This document shows, one piece after another, positions 1 through 16,519 of a DNA stretch of 64,000 nucleotides. Made by a program: the position numbers and the translations under genes. The notes under the pieces were generated by a model. The model did no database searches, was not told the DNA's origin, and saw nothing but the letters and a program-made list of their open reading frames with translations. How positions within the stretch are numbered: position 1 is the stretch's first letter; every line of letters begins with the position of its first letter. This DNA is from Eledone cirrhosa (taxonomy: Eukaryota), in NCBI GenBank assembly GCA_964016885.1, contig OZ024743.1:271932001-271996000 (forward strand), given 5' to 3'.

Positions 1-106
1 GTAAGGATAAAAGGCAAAGTCAACCTCGGCGGGATTTGAACTCAGATCGTAAAGGGACGTAACTATGCTGGAAAGCATGGCGTCCGACCCTCTACCGATA
101 CTGCCA
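1..106 (-). mobile_element. SINE family B (tRNA-derived), 5' part, cut by window edge
   Basis: Reverse complement of the plus-strand copies at 31325, 42298 and 55718 (TGGCAGTATCGGTAGAGGGTCGGACGCC...GAGTTCAAATCCCGCCGAGG); A-box/B-box-like motifs. Confidence 0.8.
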
Positions 107-861
107 AAATAATGGTGAAGATCTATTGATGAAGGAGAGAGGTAGAGGAGAGAGAGAGATAGGCAGAGATAGAGGAGAGCGATATGGAAGAGAGAGAGAG
201 AGAGAGAGAGAAAGATAAGGAGAGAGTGGCTGAGAATGGTAAGTGATGGAAGAATTAAGAGGGAAAGAAGAGAGAGTGGCATGAAGAACATAGATGTAGG
301 GAAACCCTGTCCACTTGTGTACACCTCACTGTCAGCCATTTCTGATCAACACTAAATGTAATTAAAGTCTGCCCAAAGCCCAGAGATTCATCAGACTGGT
401 GATAATCCTAGTTTAATTGGTATCAGGTGATAGACAGTATACACCTGGAATGCTAAGTTACCACAGAGGTTTCCCCCAGCTGCTGGTGCTCAAATCTTTC
501 TAGGTGAGTGGAGTGGGGCAATAAAAATAAAGTACTTTGCTCATGTACATAACATATGTCCTGATCTGAGAGTTGAACTCATGACACTACCATCATGATT
601 CGATCACCTTAACTATTAGGCGACCAATTTGGGGCTTGAAGTGAAAGCAACTGGTGCGTGTGTTTCTTATTGGCAACATGACACTCCCAAAGTATAACAA
701 TATCGGTTTCAACACACGATTTCAGATAAAGAATCTTGCTAAACAAATTCAGAAACGAAATATATATATATATATATACAGATATGTGTATATATATATA
801 TATACATATATATCTGTATATATATATATATATATATATGTGTGTATATATATATATATAT

Positions 862-1186
862 GGAGGCACATGGCTTAGTGGTTAGAGCATCATTGGCCTT
901 CCAATCGAAAGGTTGTGAGTTCAATTCTCGGACCGGGTGATGTGTTGTTTCCTTGAGCAAGACACTTTATTTCACATTGCTCCAGTTTACTCAGCTGTAG
1001 AAATGAGATGATATGGACTGGGGTCCCTATCATTCCACTGTAAAGTGGTCATGTAGGCGCCACGGCACAAAAGCACCCAGCACTCACTGTATATGAGGTT
1101 GGTGTTAGGAAGGGCAACCAGCTGTAGAAATCAAGCCAGAATCAGTTCCCGTCCCACCCTTGCAAGCAGGGAAAAGCGGGCATAAA

Positions 1187-1220
<34 letters not shown>
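862..1220 (+). mobile_element. SINE family A: tRNA head + CORE-like domain + RTE-derived 3' tail + (TGA)n
   Basis: A box TGGCTTAGTGG, B box GAGTTCAATTC, CORE-like CCTTGAGCAAGACACTTTA. Tail AAAAGCACCCAGCACTCACTG...GGAAGGGCAACCAGCTGTAGAAATCAAGCC is nearly identical to the RTE 3' UTR at 40408-40475. Further copies at 43514, 50682 and 60618. Confidence 0.85.
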
Positions 1221-1221
<1 letters not shown>

Positions 1222-1363
1222 ATATGTGTGTGTATATATATATATGTGTATATATATATATATATATGTGTATATATATATATATGTGTATATATATATA
1301 TAGATATATGTGTATATATATATGTGTATATATATATATAGATATATGTGTATATATATATGC

Positions 1364-1399
<36 letters not shown>

Positions 1400-1401
<2 letters not shown>

Positions 1402-2178
1402 AAATTAACAAAATATCTTCTACTGTCATTTCTCTAATACGACGAGTGTGTTTAACTCTAATGCACTCAAGTATTTTTATCTTATATATATATATGTGTA
1501 TATATAATTTACAAATTAAAGATAATATACCTAAAAAAATGTTTACTATCCTAGACAAGAACTTCCCGCCAAACCACAAATACCATCAAATTTTAAATAG
1601 ATCAACGGTTAAATTCTCCTACTCAACAACCAAAAACATAAAACAAAATATAAGTGCCTATAATGCATATAAATGTAAAAAAAACCATGAGTATACCACC
1701 AACACATCAAACTAACCATAATATCTCCTTTGATACAGGATTCACGAAAAGCTGTAACTGTAGAAACAAAGCAAATTGCCCATTAAAAGGAAATTGCCTT
1801 ATTAATAACATAGTATATAAATGTAAAGTTAACACTAAGGACTCAATTTATTTCTATATAGGAGCTACCTCTAACCAATTTAAAGTAAGATTTAATACGC
1901 ACAAACACAGTTTTAAAAATGCCGCATTAGCTAATACAACATCTTTAGCTGAAATAATTAATAATTATAGAAAGAGGAATATAGATTATGACCTGACCTG
2001 GAGTGTGCTCAAAAGGGCCACCCCTTATCAAAATAATAGATATGAATGTAGATTGTGTTCCCAAGAACTTTTCGAAATAATGAAATCTAAGGATATCCTA
2101 TTAAATAAGCGACAGGAATTAATAATATCGTGTAATCATAAACTGAGAAAAACCTTTAAATATTATAAACCTAATTAA
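1400..2178 (+). mobile_element. Penelope-like element, 3' coding part with GIY-YIG endonuclease (frameshifted)
   Basis: [24 protein letters not shown] followed, after a frameshift near the A-run at ~1677, by CNCRNKANCPLKGNC...IVYKC...YIGAT...FKVRFNTHKHSF...CRLCSQE; the typical Penelope Cys linker plus GIY-YIG. Confidence 0.85.
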
Positions 2179-2687
2179 TATACACTTTAGAAATTATTAT
2201 AATAACATTTTTTTTTTTAAATTTAGTTAACCTATAATTAATATTCTACTACTGATGAACTACATAATTTTATTTCCCTTTTACAACTATCTTTTCCTAA
2301 AATTGATACCATTAAGTATACATATATACTGTTTTAATTTCAGGTTATGATTCTATATTCCTTGTAATCTCTATATATTTGTTATTTCTCACTAATAATT
2401 TTAACCCCCCCCCCCCCCTAATAATTATATTTTTTTTTTATTTCCCCTCGTTTTTAACAGCACTCTTCAATTACATCTAACTCTTATTTACCATATCTAT
2501 ATGCATTAATATAATTTGATCAATATAAATATACCTATCAATTTAATTAATTTATTTTATTTTCATAGATGTAAATTCCATATATTTTTTTCACTAACAC
2601 TTTTATCGTAAAATTTTAGTCTCCTTAGATATTTACAATGGCATTATTCTTTTATAACAACATTTTTTCGTGTACCTTTTACCGACC

Positions 2688-3156
2688 TGACCTATTTTCA
2701 CCCCTAAAATAACCTTTTCATTCATCATATTCCTTCCATTCAAAACTGAAATCTGCCTTCTTCTACCCTGTAATTAAAGTTCCATTACTACTATTATACC
2801 ATTTGGCCAGTTATTACCTTTCTACTGGTCAATTCAAAACCTGTTCCCAAACAGACCTATTATATTAAATCTTTGTTGGTTTTATTCAATGAACAAATAT
2901 AATTATTTCTAAAGACAGCATATGACCTATTTTCATCCCTAAAATAATCTTTCATTCATAATATTCTTTCCATCCAAAACTGAAATCTACCTTCCTCTAC
3001 CCCTAAATTAAGGCTCTATTACTAGTATTTTACCATCTTGACCTTCACTATCTTTCTGTTGGTCAATTCAAAACATGTTCCCAAACAGACCTATTGTATT
3101 AAATCTTTGTTGGTTTTTTTCAATAAACAAATATCATTATTTCTGAAGACAGCATA
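2688..3156. repeat. Tandem duplication, two diverged ~234-bp units, probably in the Penelope 3' region
   Basis: TGACCTATTTTCA...GACAGCATA at 2688-2921 and again at 2922-3156. Confidence 0.85.
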
Positions 3157-3494
3157 TATATGTGTAAGTATGTATATTCCTTCTGATAGTTTGTAAAAAT
3201 TTTACATAGATCTATATAATATGCATACCAACACTAACATATATATCCTAGAAACGATCGTAAAATGATGAATTTTTTAATATAAGGAACTGTTTCTTTG
3301 TTTATTCATTATTTTTATTATTTATCTTGACTCTGTTTTCCTGTATTTTTCATCGAAAAACATTTTTGAATACATCTTCTCTTTTCATGATATTCGGATT
3401 ACATTGAGTTCTTCATACGGATTGGACACTACCGTACATTTTGGTAGATTTATCTACATATATATATATATATATATGCATATATATATATGCG

Positions 3495-3525
<31 letters not shown>

Positions 3526-3538
3526 GTGTGTATATATA

Positions 3539-3659
<121 letters not shown>

Positions 3660-3809
3660 ATATATATATATATTATATATATATATGTAAATATATATAT
3701 ATATATGTGTATATATATGTATATGTATGTATATATATATATATGTGTGTATATATATATATATATATGTGTATATATATATATCATCATCATCATCATC
3801 ATGAATAGG

Positions 3810-4491
3810 CGATATGGCGCATGCCGTTTTAACATGACACACACAATTTCGATTTGGATTAAATTCATTTAATTTATCTTAATTTTGGATATAGATATAT
3901 ATATACGGCTCCTTAATTGTAGAGCTATTTCTGTTGAAGGGAATTTGACTGCTATTTCTAGTTGTCGAATACCTATTCACGCCACTGAAACGAAGCTGCT
4001 GTGATGTGTAGACACAACACGTGGTAGCGGCCAGATGAGGATTTGAATTCGTTGTGTGAGCATGGATAGCTGAACATTATTCTTCCTTGTTGACAATCCA
4101 ATAATATCCACTTTCCGTGACTTACCATCTGATTAATTGGTGAAATATATTTCTTTAATGGGATATAAAGGAAGGTTAATCATACTTAAAGGTATAAATT
4201 TAATTATTACCCAACCTAGCTATGCGTGGTTACACGCGTGTAAAAATTATCTCCTGTGATTATTCATGTATATTTATATGTTAATCAATTTCTAGTTATT
4301 ATAAAATGCTCGGATGTATCTTTGAACTTATTTCCAGGTGATATGGCGCATGCCGTTATGACATGACACCCACAATTTCGATTTGGATTAAATTCATTTA
4401 ATTTATCTTAATTTTGGATATAGATATATATATACGGCTCCTTAATTGTAGAGCTATTTCTGTTGAAGGGAATGTGACTGGTATTTCTAGT
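3810..4491. repeat. ~150-bp direct duplication (3810-3962 / 4339-4491)
   Basis: GATATGGCGCATGCCGTT...TATTTCTAGT occurs twice, 529 bp apart, nearly identical. Confidence 0.85.
4216..4424 (-). mobile_element. Short non-autonomous Helitron-like element
   Basis: Minus strand starts TCTATATCC and ends with a GCGTG/CACGC hairpin followed by CTAG. The 3' flank is not the canonical T. Confidence 0.5.
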
Positions 4492-4802
4492 ATATAACTG
4501 ACCAATGGGAAGTTTGACACTTTTTTTGTTATTTTGTTCCTTTAACACCTTGTCCCTTCTACCACTTTATCAATTTTTTAAGCTAACTCCAACAATAACA
4601 ACACTTAGAATGAGGAATGTTCTAACAACTGACCAATGAGAGGAGAAGAGGCCCTTTGACACTGAAATTCGTTTGTTTGAATTCATATGATTCCAGTTCC
4701 TCAGTGAAATATCAACCCAACCAGGAACTGGGCATATCAGAGTATTGACAATATTATACACCTCAACAACATATGTACTTGTCTATACCACACTAATTCG
4801 GA

Positions 4803-4855
4803 CTGCCTGAAGAGGTCACAGCTAAAGATGGCTGTCACTGAAATATATATAGCAG
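4803..4855 (+). ncRNA. Minimal type-I hammerhead ribozyme
   Basis: CTGC-CTGAAGA-GGTCACAGC(taaagatg)GCTGTCACT-GAAA-TATATATA-GCAG: stem I CTGC/GCAG, intact core, palindromic stem III, AUA cleavage triplet. Confidence 0.75.
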
Positions 4856-4906
4856 CAATAAACAAAGCTAAATTTTAAACATTTGACTTTTTATTTAACT
4901 TTATTT

Positions 4907-5954
<1,048 letters not shown>

Positions 5955-6851
5955 TTTCTCGACCTTGAGAAAGCCTTTGACAGAGTTCCACGTGCAGTAA
6001 TCTGGTGGGCTCTTAGAAAACTAGGAGTAGATGAATGGCTTGTGAAAGCGGTACAAGCCATGTATAGGGGAGCAGTCAGCAAAGTTAGGATTAGCAATGA
6101 GTATAGCGAGGAATTTAGCGTACAAGTTGGGGTCCACCAGGGCTCTGTTCTTAGCCCTCTCCTGTTCATCATAGTCCTGCAGGCAATAACGGAGGAGTTT
6201 AAGACCGGATGCCCATGGGAACTCCTGTATGCTAATGACCTCGCACTCATAGCTGAATCTATGGTAGAACTAGAGAATAAATTCCAAACCTGGAAGCAGG
6301 GACTAGAGAGAAAGGGCCTCAAAGTCAACATGACAAAGACTAAGGTCCTTGTAAGTAGACAAGAAAACAGAACCCAGATCCCCTCAGGGAAATGGCCTTG
6401 CTCAGTATGTAGGAAAGGTGTAGGTAGGAACTCCATTCTCTGCCCCAAATGCAAACAATGGGTACACAAGAGATGTAGCGGGATCTCAGGAAGCTTAATT
6501 AAGAATGTAGGATTCACATGCAGCAGCTGTGCTGAAACAGCAAGCAAACAGCCACAGGAAACAAGTACCACCAATCTCTGGGAGGGCCCTGTAGAAACAG
6601 TAGACAGCTTCTGCTACCTAGGTGACCGAATTAGCAACGGAGGTGGGTGCTCAGAAAGTACAATAACTAGGGTAAGAACGGGATGGAAGAAGTTTAGGGA
6701 ACTACTACCACTGCTAGCTGCAAAAGGCTTCTCCCTCAGAATGAAAGGCAGACTGTATGATGCGTGTATCCGAACAGCGATGTTGCATGGTAGTGAGACC
6801 TGGGCGCTGAAGGTGGAAGACTTACGTAGATTAGAGAGAAACGAAGCCTGC
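5955..6851 (+). mobile_element. RTE-clade LINE internal fragment (RT with PHD insert), truncated at both ends
   Basis: [29 protein letters not shown] (mutated YADD), [14 protein letters not shown] in one open frame. Confidence 0.92.
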
Positions 6852-6863
6852 ATATATATATAC

Positions 6864-7019
<156 letters not shown>

Positions 7020-7068
7020 ATGTATATGTATATATATGTATATATATGTATATATATGTATATATATG

Positions 7069-7233
<165 letters not shown>

Positions 7234-7244
7234 GTATATATATG

Positions 7245-7353
<109 letters not shown>

Positions 7354-7360
7354 GTATATA

Positions 7361-7433
<73 letters not shown>

Positions 7434-7446
7434 GTATATATTTATA

Positions 7447-7662
<216 letters not shown>

Positions 7663-7666
7663 TATG

Positions 7667-8166
<500 letters not shown>

Positions 8167-8169
8167 ATG

Positions 8170-8417
<248 letters not shown>

Positions 8418-8418
8418 G

Positions 8419-8497
<79 letters not shown>

Positions 8498-8498
8498 G

Positions 8499-8783
<285 letters not shown>

Positions 8784-8924
8784 ACATACATATATATATA
8801 CATATACATATATATATACATATATATACATACATATATATATACATATACATATACATATATATACATATATATATACATATATATACATACATATATA
8901 TATACATATACATATACATATATA

Positions 8925-9250
8925 TGGTGGCTGCCAACTCGTTTTCGAGTACGGCCACTACTTTATATCCATGTAGGAGAACCCCTACCGATGCGCTGAA
9001 CGAGTGTGACTTTTTAGTCCAGCCAGCGACTTGAAAACTCTGGTACAAACACTACACTTGTGACAATTACTGACACATAGTGCTGGGCCCATGGTACCAT
9101 GTGACGACAAGTGCAGAGAGATCTCCAGATACAAAGCAATGCCTGTGCCGTGAAGCTTTTATAGTGAGCAAAGGCACTGCACAAAGCCAGTCCCACTCTC
9201 TTAACCAAGATGATATTTACCAAAAAGAAGAACAAGTCAACATCATTGGA
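8925..9250 (+). mobile_element. Degenerate Penelope GIY-YIG C-terminal relic (tentative)
   Basis: [10 protein letters not shown]...HIVL...DTKQCLCREAFIV...SLNQDD resembles the R.L..RL.EH...EA..I...LN.D pattern; contains stops. Confidence 0.4.
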
Positions 9251-9254
9251 TACC

Positions 9255-9535
9255 ATCAGGGTTGCAGGTGTTATATCAGAGTTTTCCTTCTCCTAGAATT
9301 CTGCCTTGACAAAGGCTAAGGGGTCATCTCTCCCGGTGATTTTGGATGGCCATTGACTCTTAAGAGCTCCTTTGCCCTTTGACAGGTTTTGTTTTTAGTC
9401 CTGCAGGATGTCCAAAGTCACCCTCCTCACCAAGAAACCTTGGTGGGGTTGCCAGTTTAGTCGCCAACGACCCGACCATGGGACAGGTTGTACTGGGATA
9501 CATGTTACCAGTAGCACCAACTGGTGACCTGACAT
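9255..9535 (-). mobile_element. RTE LINE 5' UTR fragment
   Basis: Minus strand has AAGGCAGAATTCTAGGAGAAGGAAAACTCTGA and GGCGACTAAACTGGCAACCCCACC, motifs I recognise from RTE 5' UTRs. Confidence 0.6.
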
Positions 9536-9611
9536 AAATACATATATATACATACATATATACATACATATATATATACATATATATATATATATACATA
9601 TATATACATAC

Positions 9612-9646
<35 letters not shown>

Positions 9647-9661
9647 CATATATATACATAC

Positions 9662-9699
<38 letters not shown>

Positions 9700-9737
9700 A
9701 TACATATATATATACATATATATATATATATACATAC

Positions 9738-9842
<105 letters not shown>

Positions 9843-9865
9843 TATACATACATATATATATACAC

Positions 9866-9908
<43 letters not shown>

Positions 9909-10087
9909 CATATATACATACATATATATATATATATATATACATATATATACATACATATATATATACATATACATATATATATATATATATATACATA
10001 TATATATACATATACATATATATATACATATACATATATATATACATATATATATATACATATATATATATACATATATATACATAC

Positions 10088-10130
<43 letters not shown>

Positions 10131-10134
10131 TATA

Positions 10135-10886
10135 TCACGCAGTAATACAGGGTACCCGACCTCCCATGGGTACATGCTGAAGCATATAAACAATATGCCC
10201 CCCCCCACCCCACCGCAAGGTGGTCGTGGAGGTGCCACGGCAAAAAAGCACCCAGCCCACACTGTAAAGTGGACGTGTAGGCGCCACGAAAAAGCACCCA
10301 GCACTCACTGTAAATGAGGTTGGTGTTAGGAAGGGCATCCAGCTGTAGAAATCAAGCCAGATCAGTTCCTGTATGAGCAAGGCATGGTCAGCCGACCAGA
10401 CACTGCCCACAACAGGACAACCCGTCTAACCCATGCTAGCGTGGAAGAACGGACGTAAAACGGTGATGATGATGATGATGATGATGACACACATATATAT
10501 ACATATATCAAAGTCAATGACACACGACCGTGACTTCTGGCGTCACGCAGTAATACAGGGTACCCGACCTCCCATGGGTACATGCTGAAGCATATAAACA
10601 ATATGCCCCCCCCCCCCCACCGCAAGGTGGTCGTGGAGGTGCCACGGCAAAAAAGCACCCAGCCCACACTGTAAAGTGGACGTGTAGGCGCCACGAAAAA
10701 GCACCCAGCACTCACTGTAAATGAGGTTGGTGTTAGGAAGGGCATCCAGCTGTAGAAATCAAGCCAAATCAGTTCCTGTATGAGCAAGGCATGGTCAGCC
10801 GACCAGACACTGCCCACAACAGGCAACCCGTCTAACCCATGCTAGCGTGGAAGAACGGACGTAAAACGGTGATGATGATGATGATG

Positions 10887-10887
<1 letters not shown>
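10135..10887 (+). mobile_element. Two tandem 5'-truncated RTE 3' ends (10135-10487, 10509-10887), each with a (TGA)n tail
   Basis: Near-identical to each other and to 40215-40600. Confidence 0.9.
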
Positions 10888-10955
<68 letters not shown>

Positions 10956-10974
10956 CATATATATATACATATAT

Positions 10975-11067
<93 letters not shown>

Positions 11068-11071
11068 TATG

Positions 11072-13008
<1,937 letters not shown>

Positions 13009-13011
13009 TTC

Positions 13012-13354
<343 letters not shown>

Positions 13355-13409
13355 TACACATATATATACATATATATATATATATACACATATATATACA
13401 TATATATAC

Positions 13410-13444
<35 letters not shown>

Positions 13445-13445
13445 C

Positions 13446-13476
<31 letters not shown>

Positions 13477-13539
13477 CACATATATATACATATATACACA
13501 TATATATACATATATACACATATATATATATATATACAC

Positions 13540-13572
<33 letters not shown>

Positions 13573-13575
13573 CAC

Positions 13576-13606
<31 letters not shown>

Positions 13607-13607
13607 C

Positions 13608-13638
<31 letters not shown>

Positions 13639-13657
13639 CACATATATATATATATAC

Positions 13658-13688
<31 letters not shown>

Positions 13689-13694
13689 CATACA

Positions 13695-13854
<160 letters not shown>

Positions 13855-13868
13855 CATATACATACATA

Positions 13869-14026
<158 letters not shown>

Positions 14027-14037
14027 AATATATATAT

Positions 14038-14552
14038 ATGTAAGTATGCATGTATACGTACATACATATATGTATACAGACGTACAGTAGCATGCACATA
14101 TATATATATATATACATATATACATACATATGCATACAGGTACACATACATATATGCACGTATCAGTTTAGCGGCGCTAACGTCGCTTTGTTCGTTTGTA
14201 AACAAACTGAACAGCCTGAATTTATGCCATACGGTGTTAAGGCAACCACGTCACCTTTTTGTTCAACACTGACACAGGAACGATGTACTAGTTTCAAGCT
14301 TGTTAGCTATCATCAGCACCGTTTACCCATCTGCCAGATAGTTGAACGTTCGAAAGTATATACTTTCCTTATGAAAATTAACGGCTGAGCAGCCTAATTT
14401 GCATATTGAGTGAGTTAAATCGGTCAGGCATACCGAAAACGATAAATTGAAACAAAATGAAAACGAAATTTCATTTCTCACTCTTAGTATGGCACTTACT
14501 TAAATGTAAGTATGCATGTATACGTACATACATATATGTATACAGACGTACA
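14038..14552 (-). mobile_element. Non-coding hammerhead-bearing retroelement (retrozyme- or pLTR-like), 466-bp unit with 49-bp terminal redundancy
   Basis: Identical 49-mer at 14038-14086 and 14504-14552; central hammerhead; CpG-rich relative to flanks. Confidence 0.6.
14279..14323 (-). ncRNA. Minimal type-I hammerhead ribozyme
   Basis: Minus strand AACGGTG-CTGATGA-T-AGCT(aaca)AGCT-T-GAAA-CTAG-TA-CATCGTT: 7-bp stem I, intact core, palindromic ACTAGT stem III, GUA cleavage triplet. Confidence 0.85.
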
Positions 14553-14575
14553 TATATAAATATATATATATAAAT

Positions 14576-14606
<31 letters not shown>

Positions 14607-14613
14607 TATAAAT

Positions 14614-14668
<55 letters not shown>

Positions 14669-14687
14669 AATATATATATATAAATAT

Positions 14688-14834
14688 AGGAAGGGCATCC
14701 AGCTGTAGAAATCAAGCCAGATCAGTTCCTGTATGAGCAAGGCATGATCAGCCGACCAGACACTGCCCACAACAGGACAACCCGTCTAACCCATGCTAGC
14801 GTGGAAGAACGGACGTAAAACGGTGATGATGATG

Positions 14835-14835
<1 letters not shown>
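14688..14835 (+). mobile_element. RTE extreme 3' end fragment
   Basis: Matches 10328-10487 and ends in (TGA)n. Confidence 0.85.
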
Positions 14836-14913
<78 letters not shown>

Positions 14914-15145
14914 TATATATTTATATATATATATTTATATATATATATGTATATATTTATATTTATATATATGTATATATATATGTGTGTGTGTGTGTGT
15001 ATATATGTGTGTGTGTGTGTGTAATCTGCAGTGCCAAGACCAGGGTGACCACAAATCAGTGTAGTACCCTATGTATAGGAAAGAGCTAAGGGAGATATAA
15101 ACTATAAACTCAATAGCTAGGTGTTACGGCTGGGTTTATACCCTC

Positions 15146-15182
<37 letters not shown>

Positions 15183-15668
15183 CAATTATATGTGTGTATA
15201 TATATATATATATATCAAGGTATATATATATGTATATACCATGTAAATCAAGTATTATGGCAATACCATTTCAAGCTCAATGTAATTCCACATTCAGAAA
15301 GATAAAACAAATCTTCCTATCAATGGTTTAACATATAAAGATAGTTAAAAATCAAACTTTATGCATGTAAATCAAACAAGCAATAAAGACATGATGAGCA
15401 CATAAATAAATAATGCAATGTTGAAAAATTAAGTCATTTTATTCTTCTAACACAGGTTTCTACAAAGACAAACAAAATAAAATAAAATTAAATTAAGAAA
15501 ACAAAGTGAAAAAAACCTTGCTCAAGCTTAATTATTCATATATATAATAAATGTATTTATATATCACAATCTGAACATTGATTCAAGGATTAAGAATTCA
15601 TTTTCTTTATATTTGTGCAAGAAGAATAAAATGACTTCATTTTTCATCTTTGCAAATTTCTGTATCTA

Positions 15669-15882
15669 TGAAAATGTGAGCATTTCAAATGCAGAAAATA
15701 ATTATAACAACAGTCGATCACTAGAGATAATAGCTAAGAAAATTGGGTAAATTATTACCCCTATAGATGGGGAAAAAGTGGACAGAAGCGTTAAGAGTGA
15801 TTTACTCAATTTTCTCAACTTCTATCTATAGTGATTGATAGTTGTTACAGTTATTTTCCATGAATGTGATGCTCACATTTTC
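15669..15882. mobile_element. Fold-back/MITE with long imperfect inverted arms
   Basis: TGAAAATGTGAGCAT...GAAAATTGGGTAAAT versus ATTTACTCAATTTTC...ATGCTCACATTTTCA; arms are homologous to 23811-24035. Confidence 0.7.
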
Positions 15883-16440
15883 AAATTTTAAACAATCCCA
15901 CTAAGTCTATATATATACATACACACACACATTATATATATATATATATTTACATACAAAAAATGTATACAAATGTATATCAACAGCATTTCAATAAATG
16001 TGTATACATTTTTTGGGACATCCCGTATATATATATATATATACACACATATATAATTCAAGTAAAGAAACGTTGGTTGATCAATTAATCAACTAATTGT
16101 AGTTGTAAACAGACATAAAACACTCTATGACTGGGGTTCATTAAATTATTATAAAACAGAGTATCAATATTATAGAGAGAGACAGTTTTAAGTGTACATT
16201 CTCTATTATAAATAATCAATAGAGGATGATCATTTAAAACCATCTCTCGTTATAATATGTATATATATATATGTTTGTTTTGAAACAGCGGGCGAGTTGG
16301 AAATAGAAATAGATTTCACCATATTTTTTTTACTAAAGAAATTTTAGCCTGATAGTGGGATTTAGAACCCTCTAAGAAATGGAAAAAGATGAGTATTGAC
16401 ACATCAATACTCATCTTTGTCAAAACATACGGCGAAAGCT

Positions 16441-16480
<40 letters not shown>

Positions 16481-16519
16481 TATATGTACACACATATACA
16501 TTTTTGTGTGTGTGTGCGT

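Noticed and set aside
298-480. Weak inverted symmetry (GGAAACCCTGT / ACAGAGGTTTCC)
   Set aside because: Too degenerate, with no clear TSD, to call as a MITE.
862-945. tRNA gene
   Set aside because: The tRNA-like A/B boxes continue into CORE-like and LINE-tail sequence and recur as dispersed copies, so this is a SINE head.
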